Of a DNA stretch of 64,000 bases, positions 1-9,380 are shown piece by piece. Origin of the DNA: an uncultured Planctomycetia bacterium (GTDB taxonomy: Bacteria > Omnitrophota > Gorgyraeia > JABMRN01 > RBG-13-46-9); NCBI GenBank assembly GCA_964649665.1, contig CAZYPU010000001.1:16428-80427 (forward strand), written 5' to 3'. The position numbers were made by a program, and so were the translations under genes. The notes under the pieces are model-generated. The model was given only the letters and a program-made list of their open reading frames with translations, did not search any database and was not told the origin of the DNA. Position 1 is the stretch's first letter, and each line of letters starts with the position of its first letter.

Positions 1-51
1 AGGAACACTGGAAAAGCGCCTAAAGATTCTATTGAGCGGATCAGCGGCAGG

Positions 52-3000
52 ATGAACGACGAGAACGAAGATATAGCGTATGAGGCCATCAAAGGCACCG
101 GATGCATTTACGCGGCTATGGTAGAGAGCGGACAACCTGTTCCCATAGGAAGCATAGTGAATAAATTAATGGCAGATAGAGACAAACCGGTAGTTCCCGC
201 CAGATACGCCGCCATAGAGGCGGTTGCCGCTATATGCATAGCCATGATAAATAGAGGGATAGATCCGCCGAGGGCAGCGATATCAGGATTGGAATGGCAA
301 TTTAAAGATTCAAAATTATCCGCTTGCAATAGCAGACGTGAGGCACTATGGGCATTATGTTCGATTTATCGGGTCATGGCAGACCACGATATGGATGTGC
401 CGTTTGAAAAAATTTGCCAGTACGCAGAAAATATCTTCGCATGGGTTAATGGCAAGGAATCGGCGGCATTCAGCGCTCTTTGTGTCACTCTTATTAATAA
501 AGGGATAAACGTCCCGCACTCTATGTTTAGGAATGCCTTAAACGAAGACTGGCTATTTTTTGTTCGGGATATCCTGATGTCCCAAGAACCGGTATATGAG
601 GCTTTGTTTGAGCGCGGTGACGTGCCGTTACACGATCTGGAAGAGAGGTTACGTGACGACCTTTATATAACCCCTGATATTGCAAAACCGGCAACGGCTT
701 TCATGGGATTAGCGTATGCGGCCCTTATCCGCCAGAATAGACTATCGGAACGCGACTGGCAGATATACGAGATGTGGTTAAAGTCGAGGTTTCCCAGGAC
801 ACCATGGATCCTGGAAGAATGCCTCTCGTCACCCGATCCGCTGACATACATAACCGATCTTGCGCGCGAATCCGAACTCCTTCTAAAAAACGGTTTTGAT
901 CCGGACAACGAAAAGGCGCTCTGGCGCGTCTATGTGGGTCTAAGGAGAGCAGGCATAGATATTAACTTTGGAGGCTTAAAAGAAAATGTCGAACACCTCA
1001 TGGCTTTTGACAAAAAACATCCGGGTTATTTCGCGAACATGTTTAATAAGGCAGGGATTTTAAGCCAGATACAGATAAGCGGAAAAGGCGGAGTTATTTT
1101 AGACGCGAGCGGAGTAGATGCGGGTAAGTTGGACAAGAATCTCGCTAAGCTTAAAGGCATGAAAGAGAGAATAGACAGCTTGAGATGGCTGGAAGAGGAC
1201 TTTCCCGGAAACAAGGTATTTAATTTGAAAAATATCTATTACCTTTTAAAACGCAGAGAGGCGGAAGCGTCCGGCGCGCATAAAGGCGGAAGGTTTGTTG
1301 TCACGTACCCGTCCGAAGACGCCATGGGAGAATATATTCTTCAGAATAGCCCTCTTTATTACCGGCTTGTTTTTGAACTTGCGCTCGCGCGCATGGGCGA
1401 CGGGGTATTAGGCAAAAGATGCTTTGCCCTGGCAAGGGATCTTATTGTGAGTGAGGCTCTTTCGGATGAAATTCTGGTTGGACGGATGGGATCGGCGGAT
1501 ACAGACGTAAAAACAGAAGCGTTCAAGAACTTTTACGAGAATTATAAAAACCATCTGCCGGATTCTGCCGGTGTAAGGCTGGCGAAGATAAAAGGCATGC
1601 CCGAGGCATTTGGTGAACTGTCGGGAGAAGTATATTCGGAGATCTCTAAGGTAAAGGTGACTAAAAATAGAAGCGAGGGGGCCTACCGGCTCGTCCCGCA
1701 GGGTTTCTTGAGCGTATTTCGCGGCATAGCCGGAATCAAGGACTGCTCTTACGGGCTGCGCGAGGCCTGTCCGAGGCCTATGCATGAGGACACGCTTTAC
1801 TATTTTGTCTATAAAGGCGAAGAATTAAAGGGGTACATAGGGATGTGCGTCGGTAAGACGCGGCTTGGCAAAAAGATATTGACAATAGATACCGTGCAAT
1901 CTCCTTCGCTTGACGGCGAGGAACTGCTCGCATGCCTATTTTGGGCCCTGGACGCGCAGGCGAAAGAATTAGGCTGCGCAGGCATAGCCCTGCCGAGGGA
2001 CCTTGCCCCGTCATTCAATTTTAGCAATAAGGATACCATATCCAGGATGAAGGCATATAGCCGAGGCCGCCGGATAAGAGTTACGCCGGTTCACAGTGGA
2101 AGCTGGAAAACGATGAATGACTATTTTGGCGAGGACGAATACAATTCAATCGAAGACGGACAATTTGTCTCGTTAAATTTCAAATATTTATCGAAACCGG
2201 AATCACCGCAAGACAGCGTAATCTCAGGCGGCGCGCGTCGAAGGCACAGGCCGGTGTATTTGATGAGTCTGCCCGGCGCGGGCACGCCGGAAGGCACGGG
2301 TGTGCCCGCAGACCCGCAACCTGACAATGCTAACCCGTTTATAAAAGATGGAAAAGAGATCGCTCCTGAGCGGATAAGGCAAGCCGCGACGCTTGCAAAA
2401 GGCATTTTTCCGGATCTACGAAAAGAACAGGAGATATGGATTTTAAAAACAGCGAAAGATGTAAAACAGCTTCGCGCCCAAGGAGCGAAAATAGCCGGAT
2501 CAATAGGTTTCAGCCGGGCGGCCAGGGACCGGTACGCCGGAGCATTAAGAAATAGTTTTGCGTTTAATGTGGCTGGCATTATCTGTTTAATTCCTAGAAA
2601 CGCAGATTCTTCCGGGGGAACGGCCGTTACAGATATGATAATAGCGCACGAGACAGGTGAGACATATCTTTTTCAATTGGGAATTACGCAAGAGATGGCA
2701 GAGCTTGCTTCAGACATTATCAGAAAAGCGAACTTAAGCAAAAAAGATGAGTGGGCAGGGGGTAATTTCGCGTGCGACCTTCTGATAAACAAGATGATTC
2801 TGGATAAAGGGAAAAACCGCTTTGCAGAGCAATATAGGATATTTTTTGACGCAAGAAAAAAACACTACAAAGCCAAGCGGCCGCATTTATTCAAAAGTTA
2901 CAATTTATACCTAAGGGCTCTCGAGATAGTAGCGGATATCGAGGAGGGAACGTTCTCTGAGCCCGATGACTCTCTCGAGGAAAAAGCGCTTCTTGTCGCA

Positions 3001-4992
3001 ATATCGGCAAAACTCGTAGTCGATAGTATACAAAAAAATGGCATGTCGCGTGTAGATGAAATCGCTAAAGCGGTTCGGAAGTTTTCGCCCGGCATGATCG
3101 AAGCGTTCGTAGATGAGATAAAAAGGGCGCCGGCTTCCCCCGCCGCGCCGAAGGACGCGAAGCTCGGCCCGCCATCGGGGCAAGCCACGCCTGTATTGAA
3201 AAGACCGCCCCCGTATGCAGACGAAAGTCAGGCTAAAGAACCATTTTGGAAAAATTCTGCATTAGAAAAAGCATTTGTAGAATTCATGCATAGCCCGCTC
3301 GCGCGCGTTAGCGAGAAAAGGAAGCTAACGCTTGTCAAGGCCATTGAGCAATATGAACTCGCCGCGGTCAAAATAATGAGCCGTGCGAGCCGGATTGAAG
3401 GAATTCCACGTGACATGCTGCCTGAACGCAGACGCGTCACCCATTTCGAAATCATACGGCTTTCCGACGGCAAATTGTTATACCAGATATTTAAGGAACA
3501 ACACATTAAGGTTGTTAAACATTTCGATAACGAAAATTTTGTCGATACGTTTATTGAAGTCGACAGCAGAGGATTGATTGGGCGCCACATTTTTATCCGT
3601 AAGACACGCGAAAACCAATACTACTATTCTCAAGGCTTGAAAATGTTTAAAGGCGCTGAAAGGTATATCCATGTCCAGCATATTGAAGAAGAAGATTACC
3701 AGCGGCATTTTTCTGATCCATATTTATCGGTCAGTCCCGAGTTGAGCAGTGAGCTGAAGCGTTTTAATGCCGCATTGGATGCCATTAATCGTAAACGTTC
3801 CGCCTTGATGGTACATTCGCACTTCCCGCACGCTTGCGGGTTTTCAGCAAAAATTATTCATGAGACTTTACTAAAGAATGGCTTTAAGGGTGCTTTACCG
3901 GAACGGCATAGCGACTCGGAAACGGATACGGTTCAAAACTACGTTTCGGTCGATGTAGCGGGTACGAATTTCATCGTCGATATGAACGCTGAAACATCTG
4001 AATGGCGATTGGTAGATGCAATAAATAATGTATGGGAGATGCGCGATGTTGGCGTGGTTGTTTTGCCACGCTGGTATTTGAAAGCTAATTATTCAAAATA
4101 TCAAAGGACATATTCAAGTAATTCTCTCATTGAAACATTGGCCAGTGTTCAGCATGGTGACATCACTTTGCCTGACGGGACACGCGTCATGGCTAATGAT
4201 AACACCGGCGTGCTGCAAGCCCCCGCCGCGCCGGAGGAGGGTGACATGAAACAACTAATGGAAGCCCGTGACGCGCTAAACGGGCTTTCGAAAAATAGCG
4301 AGTTAAATAGTCCCTTAAGCGAACTAGGCGGCAGGTGCCAGCGGAGGAAGGATATAGCGAAACTCCATTTCTTCGTACCGTGGACGGTCCTTAATAATTC
4401 CGCGGACATTGCGCTTACACTTGATGGATTAGGCGGGATGCAAGGCGGTATCCCGTTTGAGTTAATTGTGACAGGCGTTCCTAAGGAAGACGTCGCGATA
4501 GTGAACGGCCTGAATAGAGAGGATGTAAAACAGGCGCTTAATATTCCGAAAAACGTAACCGTGAAAATAATAGAAGAAAGCGATATTCGTAAAAGGGCCG
4601 AATTCTTAGGGATAGACGCGCCCGATCCTGAAACGAAGACAGGCATAGTTAAGACCCTGTATTTAGAGATGCTCGAAAAACAGTCGCTTCCCTCCGGTGA
4701 ATTCATGGCCATAGCGACGGAGGCGGTTAGTAAAGAGGCCGCGGAGGGGCTGGAGAACCGGCTCAAATCCAAGCTTGCGGAAAACATTTCCATACGCGTG
4801 CTCGTAAAACCCGAAAAGGGGAGAAGCGTCTTTTCACTTTCCGCCATAATCAATGATTGGTTAAAGGATATCCAGGACGGCAATAAATCCACTATCGCTA
4901 TGGTTTTCCCCACCTTTATTTCCCCCGACGTGATGATCGAGAAGCTTGACGAGGCCGTAAGGAAACTTTGGCGGATTCTGGCGAACGCGTAG
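52..4992 (+). CDS. Giant hypothetical multi-domain protein (1646 aa in window); the reading frame is open from nt 1 to the first ATG, so the gene may start upstream of the window
   Basis: Uninterrupted 4.9 kb ORF. No stop codon between nt 1 and the ATG at nt 52 in this frame. Helical-repeat-like N-terminal region, Pro/Ala-rich linkers (AAPAAPKD, APAAPEEG) like those in the two downstream giant ORFs, and a GNAT-like stretch (YFVYKGEELKGYIGMCVGKTRLGKKIL). No confident domain assignment. Confidence 0.65.
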   Translation: MNDENEDIAYEAIKGTGCIYAAMVESGQPVPIGSIVNKLMADRDKPVVPARYAAIEAVAAICIAMINRGIDPPRAAISGLEWQFKDSKLSACNSRREALWALCSIYRVMADHDMDVPFEKICQYAENIFAWVNGKESAAFSALCVTLINKGINVPHSMFRNALNEDWLFFVRDILMSQEPVYEALFERGDVPLHDLEERLRDDLYITPDIAKPATAFMGLAYAALIRQNRLSERDWQIYEMWLKSRFPRTPWILEECLSSPDPLTYITDLARESELLLKNGFDPDNEKALWRVYVGLRRAGIDINFGGLKENVEHLMAFDKKHPGYFANMFNKAGILSQIQISGKGGVILDASGVDAGKLDKNLAKLKGMKERIDSLRWLEEDFPGNKVFNLKNIYYLLKRREAEASGAHKGGRFVVTYPSEDAMGEYILQNSPLYYRLVFELALARMGDGVLGKRCFALARDLIVSEALSDEILVGRMGSADTDVKTEAFKNFYENYKNHLPDSAGVRLAKIKGMPEAFGELSGEVYSEISKVKVTKNRSEGAYRLVPQGFLSVFRGIAGIKDCSYGLREACPRPMHEDTLYYFVYKGEELKGYIGMCVGKTRLGKKILTIDTVQSPSLDGEELLACLFWALDAQAKELGCAGIALPRDLAPSFNFSNKDTISRMKAYSRGRRIRVTPVHSGSWKTMNDYFGEDEYNSIEDGQFVSLNFKYLSKPESPQDSVISGGARRRHRPVYLMSLPGAGTPEGTGVPADPQPDNANPFIKDGKEIAPERIRQAATLAKGIFPDLRKEQEIWILKTAKDVKQLRAQGAKIAGSIGFSRAARDRYAGALRNSFAFNVAGIICLIPRNADSSGGTAVTDMIIAHETGETYLFQLGITQEMAELASDIIRKANLSKKDEWAGGNFACDLLINKMILDKGKNRFAEQYRIFFDARKKHYKAKRPHLFKSYNLYLRALEIVADIEEGTFSEPDDSLEEKALLVAISAKLVVDSIQKNGMSRVDEIAKAVRKFSPGMIEAFVDEIKRAPASPAAPKDAKLGPPSGQATPVLKRPPPYADESQAKEPFWKNSALEKAFVEFMHSPLARVSEKRKLTLVKAIEQYELAAVKIMSRASRIEGIPRDMLPERRRVTHFEIIRLSDGKLLYQIFKEQHIKVVKHFDNENFVDTFIEVDSRGLIGRHIFIRKTRENQYYYSQGLKMFKGAERYIHVQHIEEEDYQRHFSDPYLSVSPELSSELKRFNAALDAINRKRSALMVHSHFPHACGFSAKIIHETLLKNGFKGALPERHSDSETDTVQNYVSVDVAGTNFIVDMNAETSEWRLVDAINNVWEMRDVGVVVLPRWYLKANYSKYQRTYSSNSLIETLASVQHGDITLPDGTRVMANDNTGVLQAPAAPEEGDMKQLMEARDALNGLSKNSELNSPLSELGGRCQRRKDIAKLHFFVPWTVLNNSADIALTLDGLGGMQGGIPFELIVTGVPKEDVAIVNGLNREDVKQALNIPKNVTVKIIEESDIRKRAEFLGIDAPDPETKTGIVKTLYLEMLEKQSLPSGEFMAIATEAVSKEAAEGLENRLKSKLAENISIRVLVKPEKGRSVFSLSAIINDWLKDIQDGNKSTIAMVFPTFISPDVMIEKLDEAVRKLWRILANA

Positions 4993-5030
4993 GATTCTTG
5001 ATAATGTAAAATATTGTGGACACTTTGTTT

Positions 5031-5175
5031 CTCCGTCATTGCGAGGACCCCGAGCAAGCGGCCGAAGGCCGCGCGTCGAGGGGGACGAAGCAATCTCAAA
5101 CGAAGAGATTGCTTCGGTCTGCTTCGCAGACCTCGCAATGACGGAATAAAGGCTTCGCGGCCTCGCAATGACGAA
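5031..5175. mobile_element. MITE-like palindromic element, copy 1 (TIR CTCCGTCATTGCGAGG / CCTCGCAATGACGGAG; internal core palindrome CGAAGCAATCTC..GAGATTGCTTCG; tandemly duplicated right terminus)
   Basis: This is the reverse complement of the element at 7768-7933 and is also related to 62409-62510. Terminal inverted repeats were read directly. It sits immediately 3' of the giant ORF stop and is preceded by the conserved flank GATAATGTAAAATATTGTGGRCACTTT. Confidence 0.75.
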
Positions 5176-5223
5176 GAAGCGAAATGTCCAATTATCTTGA
5201 TATTACAGGGCTTTTTTTCCGGC

Positions 5224-5252
5224 TTGATATTCCGTATCTTTGCAGGTATACT
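5224..5252 (+). promoter_or_regulatory. Sigma70-type promoter TTGATA-17 bp-TATACT upstream of the MFS transporter; the ATG lies about 9 nt after the -10, giving a leaderless or near-leaderless transcript
   Basis: -35 TTGATA at 5224-5229, 17 nt spacer, -10 TATACT at 5247-5252, ATG at 5261. The whole block is duplicated at 7985-8013. Confidence 0.55.
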
Positions 5253-5260
5253 CTACACAT

Positions 5261-6448
5261 ATGGGTGTACGCACTTTTTGCCTTCTGATGATGGCCGCGT
5301 TTTCCGCGTCGCTGGGCCTGGCGGTAATATCACCTTTCCTGCCGGAGCTTGCCCAAAACCACGGCGCCAACGGTTTCTGGATAGGCATGATATTCGCCGG
5401 TTTCGCGGTGTCTCGCGGTATTGTCACGCCTTTCATAGGAAAAATATCCGACAGGGTAGGGCGTAAAATATTTGTCGTCACCGGGCTTTTGCTCTATTCT
5501 CTCGCCTCTCTTCTTTATATCAAAGCCGATAATGTTTACCTTTTGACGCTGGTCCGGATTATCCACGGGCTCTCAGCCGGCATGATATTGCCTATCGTAA
5601 TGGCGTATGTCGGAGAGCTTGCCAGGCAGGGCAGGGAAGGCCTTACGGTAGGGGGATTGAATACGGTGCTATACCTGGGAGTGGCCGCGGGCCCGCTCCT
5701 CGGCGGAGAACTTGCCGAGCGTTACGGCTTCGACGCCGTTTTCTACGCCATGGCCCTTCTCGGGGCCACGACGCTTATTTTTGTAATATTCCTACTTCCC
5801 GAAGCGAAAGGCACGACCCCACAAAAAGCGCCCGGTATCGCGCCGTTTAATATATTGCTGAAATATAATTACGTAAAAGCTATTTTGATAATGGCGCTCA
5901 TTTCGACGGCGCTTTCAGCCGTCTTCATGTCATTTCTTCCGTCCATGGCCATAAGGGATTTTGTGGACGTCGCGCACACAGGCTTTATCATATCCGTATC
6001 TATATTTATCGCGGGGCTCCTGCAGATCCCGTTCGGCAAGTTCGCCGAACATCATGGCCGCCCGGGTAAACTTCTGCAGTCGAGCATGGGAATTTCCGTT
6101 TCCATGCTGGCCATATTTGTTCTGCCGCTTTGCCCGAGTTACTGGGCCCTTTTCGCGGCGGGATGTTTTATGGGGCTCGGTATTGCCATATGCGTGCCCG
6201 CTGTGACGAGCCTTTCCATGGAGATAGGCAGAAAAGTCGGCATGGGAATGTGGATGGGCGTATTCTGGGCAGTAATGAGCGCGGGGATTGTCGCCGCGCC
6301 GATAACGGCGGGCATCATAATGGACCGCCTCGGGATTGATTCCGTGTTTTATTCTTTCGCTATCTTTACCTTTTTCAGCGTACTTCTTTGTCTGTATTAC
6401 ATATTTCGAAAGACAACCGCAGAAAAGCGCCTAAAGTATTTAAAATGA
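5261..6448 (+). CDS. MFS transporter (major facilitator superfamily)
   Basis: 12-TM-like hydrophobic profile. MFS signature G-x-x-SDRxGRK (GKISDRVGRKIFVV) between TM2 and TM3. The ORF track begins at a TTG at 5240 that overlaps the -10; ATG 5261 (MGVRTF..) or ATG 5288 is more likely the true start. Confidence 0.85.
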   Translation: MGVRTFCLLMMAAFSASLGLAVISPFLPELAQNHGANGFWIGMIFAGFAVSRGIVTPFIGKISDRVGRKIFVVTGLLLYSLASLLYIKADNVYLLTLVRIIHGLSAGMILPIVMAYVGELARQGREGLTVGGLNTVLYLGVAAGPLLGGELAERYGFDAVFYAMALLGATTLIFVIFLLPEAKGTTPQKAPGIAPFNILLKYNYVKAILIMALISTALSAVFMSFLPSMAIRDFVDVAHTGFIISVSIFIAGLLQIPFGKFAEHHGRPGKLLQSSMGISVSMLAIFVLPLCPSYWALFAAGCFMGLGIAICVPAVTSLSMEIGRKVGMGMWMGVFWAVMSAGIVAAPITAGIIMDRLGIDSVFYSFAIFTFFSVLLCLYYIFRKTTAEKRLKYLK

Positions 6449-7707
6449 ACAAAAAAATCCCATTTTTACTTATATTTATGGTCGGCTGTTTCATTACCGG
6501 CAACATGATAGGCGCCGGAATACTGGGCCTACCCATAAAAACCGGCGTGGCAGGCTTTTGGCCGTCTATGGTAGGGCTTCTTGCGCTCAGCGCGGCGCTT
6601 TTTTTCACGGCGATCGTGCTCGCAAAAGAATCAATAAAGCGCCGCCAGGAGATTTTTCACTATCCCAGCCTATACCAGGAGTATTTCGGCCACGCGGGAA
6701 AATGGGTTGCCACCCTGGCGAATCTCACCATACTCTACGGCCTTCTTACCGTGTACCTTACCGGTTCGGCGACGGTTATCGCGAGGCTTCTAAACATTCC
6801 CGTTCCGAGATTCGTGATTCTACTGGTGTTTTTCGCGATCTTTACAGGTATCACGTTCCTCAAGCCGAAGCTGCTTTTTAAGCTTAGCACTTTGTTCGTA
6901 GTGCTTTTGTGGATTTCGTTTGGCATTCTTGTAGTCATGGGGGAGAGATACGTGGACGCCTCGCGTTTTGCCTACCAGGACTGGAAAATGCTGCCGGCCG
7001 CGCTCCCGATCATAGTAATAGCGGCAAACTTCCACAACATCATACCTACTATATGCAAGAAGCTCAACTGGAATCTCAGGGATATATTGCTGGCTTTTCT
7101 TTTCGGCGCTGTTGTGGGATTTGTGATGAACGCGATATGGATCCAGATAGGCATAGGGGTGCTGCCGCTTAAAGGAGCCGGAGGTATTTTACACGCCCTT
7201 CAAAAAAGCCTCCCGGCGACCGTGCCCCTCGCAAATGCGATAAAAACGCCGCTTTTTATCCAGGCGGCGCTCATGTTCACCCTTACGGCCATTATAACCT
7301 CGTATATCTCGATAGGCCGCACCCAGATTGATTTTATCGATGATGTCATTACGAATTATACCAGAATGCCGAGAAGCGCGGCTCTCAACTTTGCGCTGGC
7401 CTTCGCTCCGCCGCTCATTATATCGCTTGTGTACCCGGATATCTTTCTTGACGCTCTCGATTTTGTCGGAGGAATAGGGAAGGTCATACTCTTTGGTATT
7501 TTCCCCTGCATACTTGCCATAAGAAGCATGCGGTCATTGGCAAAGCGCCTGTTGATTGCGGTACCGGCGCTTCTTCTCTTCTGCGTTATCCTGATATTTA
7601 AAGTCGGACAGGGATTAGGTTTGTCACATATCAAGCGGGGAGTGAACTACTGGACGAATAATTTCAGGCCCCACAACTACAAACCTCAAGACGAATTTCG
7701 AAAGTAG
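6445..7707 (+). CDS. Aromatic amino acid permease, HAAAP family (TnaB/Mtr/TyrP-like)
   Basis: The N-terminal motif GNMIGAGILGLP resembles IIGAGMFSLP of Mtr/TnaB. The protein is about 420 aa and polytopic. The ATG overlaps the MFS stop (ATGA), indicating translational coupling. The track start at 6388 is an in-frame upstream extension. Confidence 0.7.
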   Translation: MNKKIPFLLIFMVGCFITGNMIGAGILGLPIKTGVAGFWPSMVGLLALSAALFFTAIVLAKESIKRRQEIFHYPSLYQEYFGHAGKWVATLANLTILYGLLTVYLTGSATVIARLLNIPVPRFVILLVFFAIFTGITFLKPKLLFKLSTLFVVLLWISFGILVVMGERYVDASRFAYQDWKMLPAALPIIVIAANFHNIIPTICKKLNWNLRDILLAFLFGAVVGFVMNAIWIQIGIGVLPLKGAGGILHALQKSLPATVPLANAIKTPLFIQAALMFTLTAIITSYISIGRTQIDFIDDVITNYTRMPRSAALNFALAFAPPLIISLVYPDIFLDALDFVGGIGKVILFGIFPCILAIRSMRSLAKRLLIAVPALLLFCVILIFKVGQGLGLSHIKRGVNYWTNNFRPHNYKPQDEFRK

Positions 7708-7712
7708 GAAAA

Positions 7713-7761
7713 AGGTGCCAGGCACCTTAGTTGAATTTATTTAAGGTGCCTGGCACCTTTT
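7713..7761 (+). terminator. Twin palindromic hairpins (AGGTGCCAGGCACCT and AGGTGCCTGGCACCT), the second followed by a T-run; a rho-independent terminator after the permease gene
   Basis: Perfect 7 bp stem palindromes at 7715-7729 and 7745-7759, then TTTTTC. Confidence 0.6.
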
Positions 7762-7767
7762 TCTATT

Positions 7768-7933
7768 TTGCGAGGTCTGCGAAGCCTTTACTCCGTCATT
7801 GCGAGGTCTGCGAAGCCTTTACTCCGTCATTGCGAGGTCTGCGAAGCAGACCGAAGCAATCTCTTCGTTTGAGATTGCTTCGTCCCCCTCGACGCGCGGC
7901 CTTCGGCCGTTTACTCGGGGTCCTCGCAATGAC
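7768..7933. mobile_element. MITE-like palindromic element, copy 2 (orientation opposite to copy 1; left end carries 2.5 tandem copies of a 31 bp unit TTGCGAGGTCTGCGAAGCCTTTACTCCGTCA)
   Basis: Its reverse complement matches 5031-5175 almost base for base. Same TIRs and the same core palindrome. Confidence 0.75.
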
Positions 7934-7984
7934 GGAGAAGCAAAGTACCTAATTATCTTGACATTACTGGGCTTTTTTTGCGGC

Positions 7985-8100
7985 TTGATATTTCGTATCT
8001 TTGCAGGTATACTTTACACATATGGGCGTACGTACTTTCTGCCTTCTGATGATGGCCGCGTTTTTCGCGTCGCTGGGCCTGGCGGTAATATCACCTTTTT
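7985..8100 (+). pseudogene. Duplicated MFS promoter (TTGATA-17-TATACT at 7985-8013) plus a 5' fragment of the MFS gene (first ~27 codons, ATG 8022), degenerating after ~8100
   Basis: Nucleotides 7934-8100 align to 5173-5339 with only a few substitutions, including the promoter, the ATG and MGVRTFCLLMMAAF(S/F)ASLGLAVISPF. The frame then diverges and terminates (SHNIVPRGPTTFSNI*). Confidence 0.7.
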
Positions 8101-8156
8101 CCCACAATATTGTCCCGCGCGGGCCGACAACGTTTTCGAATATATAAGGAGATGTT

Positions 8157-8426
8157 ATGAAAAAACTGGTAGTGTTAATTTTGGGATTTTGTCTTTTGTC
8201 CGGTTTTGCATACGGTATGTACGATGAGGGTACCGAACCTTCCGAGAGGGACTCGCAATATGCGCGGGATAAGGAAGATCCGGAAGATGTGACCCTGCCT
8301 GAAATGCAGACAGAGATGCCGGAAGCCATGCAGGATATAAGCGAAGAGCAGGAGGGTGATCCCCAGGAAGAATATGTCGAAGATAATGTAGGTGAAGACG
8401 AACGCGAAGCTCTTAATCTTGATTAA
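8157..8426 (+). CDS. Small secreted acidic protein (signal peptide plus a Glu/Asp-rich disordered tail)
   Basis: Good RBS (AAGGAG) 8 nt upstream. N-terminal MKKLVVLILGFCLLSGFAYG signal peptide. It may be transcribed from the duplicated MFS promoter upstream. Confidence 0.6.
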   Translation: MKKLVVLILGFCLLSGFAYGMYDEGTEPSERDSQYARDKEDPEDVTLPEMQTEMPEAMQDISEEQEGDPQEEYVEDNVGEDEREALNLD

Positions 8427-8462
8427 TCAAAGGCGCCGTATAGCCATGGGGGTAATTTAAAT

Positions 8463-9134
8463 ATGAAATTTATAAAACTTCTTTCAGTTTTAACAATTTT
8501 AATCGTAATGCCGCAGTTTGCTAAGGCCCAAGACGTCAAACCCCTGCAGCTTGCGGTTTTTAATCCCGTTCAGCTTGTTCCCGAGGAGGACTCCATTAAG
8601 GGCGCGCGCCTCGGCCTGTTTTACACCGTTAATGAAGATGTCACCGGATTGAGCCTTGTATGGGTCGGTGTGAATAGAGCTACGGGGGACGTGCGGGGAG
8701 TTGAGATCGGCCTTGGAAACTGGGTTGATGGTTCTTCGTATGGAGGGCAACTCGGCGTTCTCAACAATGTCGGGGAGCGTTTTGTCGGTTTGCAATACGG
8801 CGCGGTGAATGTCGCGGGAGGCGATTTCACCGGCCTGCAGTGGAGTTTCGTGAACTGGACGGAAGGATTCATGCATGGCGCACAGTGCGGCCTTGTGAAT
8901 ATTTCGAAGGGACAGTCAGTCGGCGTAAATTTAGGCATAGTGAATTATAACGTAGGGTCGTTCAAAGGTTTCCAGGGCGGATTTGTCAATTACGCCGATG
9001 AAATGCGCGGATTTCAACTGGGACTGGTTAACTATACCGAATCTCTTGACGGCGGCCTCCAAATAGGCCTCGCTAACTACAACGGCAATAAGGAACCCCT
9101 GGAGTTTATGGTTCTTGTCAATTGGTCGTTCTAA
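8463..9134 (+). CDS. Secreted repeat protein with about 9 tandem 15-residue repeats, G-[LFA]-Q-x-G-x-V-N-x7 (a beta-solenoid-like adhesin or outer-membrane protein)
   Basis: Signal peptide MKFIKLLSVLTILIVMPQFAKA. The repeats include GLQYGAVNVAGGDFT, GLQWSFVNWTEGFMH, GFQLGLVNYTESLDG and GLQIGLANYNGNKEP. I could not assign a named family. Confidence 0.6.
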   Translation: MKFIKLLSVLTILIVMPQFAKAQDVKPLQLAVFNPVQLVPEEDSIKGARLGLFYTVNEDVTGLSLVWVGVNRATGDVRGVEIGLGNWVDGSSYGGQLGVLNNVGERFVGLQYGAVNVAGGDFTGLQWSFVNWTEGFMHGAQCGLVNISKGQSVGVNLGIVNYNVGSFKGFQGGFVNYADEMRGFQLGLVNYTESLDGGLQIGLANYNGNKEPLEFMVLVNWSF

Positions 9135-9183
9135 TTGTTAAACAAAACCCTGCCCCGATGTTAAAATAGGGAGAAAGGCATAT

Positions 9184-9378
9184 ATGAACTGGAAGGTTGC
9201 ATTAATATTGATATTACTGCTTATCGTAGTGATATTTACGGCCCAGAACTATGAAATAGTTGAAATTAAATTTCTATTCTGGACCTTTGCGGCAAGCAGG
9301 GCCATCGTATTGTTTTTGACTTTGTGCATTGGAATTGCCGTAGGCTGGATAATCTCCTTTGTTATGCGCAAGGAATAG
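9184..9378 (+). CDS. LapA-like small inner-membrane protein (DUF1049 family)
   Basis: 64 aa with two TM segments and the FTAQN..V.V.FLFW pattern typical of LapA/DUF1049. Confidence 0.6.
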   Translation: MNWKVALILILLLIVVIFTAQNYEIVEIKFLFWTFAASRAIVLFLTLCIGIAVGWIISFVMRKE

Positions 9379-9380
9379 AC

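Noticed and set aside
4149-5168. 339-aa minus-strand ORF spanning the 3' end of the first giant ORF and the MITE
   Set aside because: Antisense to a long coding ORF, and it runs through a palindromic repeat. An artefact.
5014-5466. 150-aa plus-strand ORF, and the 142-aa ORF at 7799..8227
   Set aside because: Both are read-throughs of the MITE copies into the MFS promoter and 5' coding region. Low-complexity R/P-rich translation, not genes.
7768-7860. Tandem 31 bp direct repeats (2.5 copies) considered as a mini CRISPR array
   Set aside because: The units are contiguous with no spacers, form part of the MITE terminus, and no cas genes are present.
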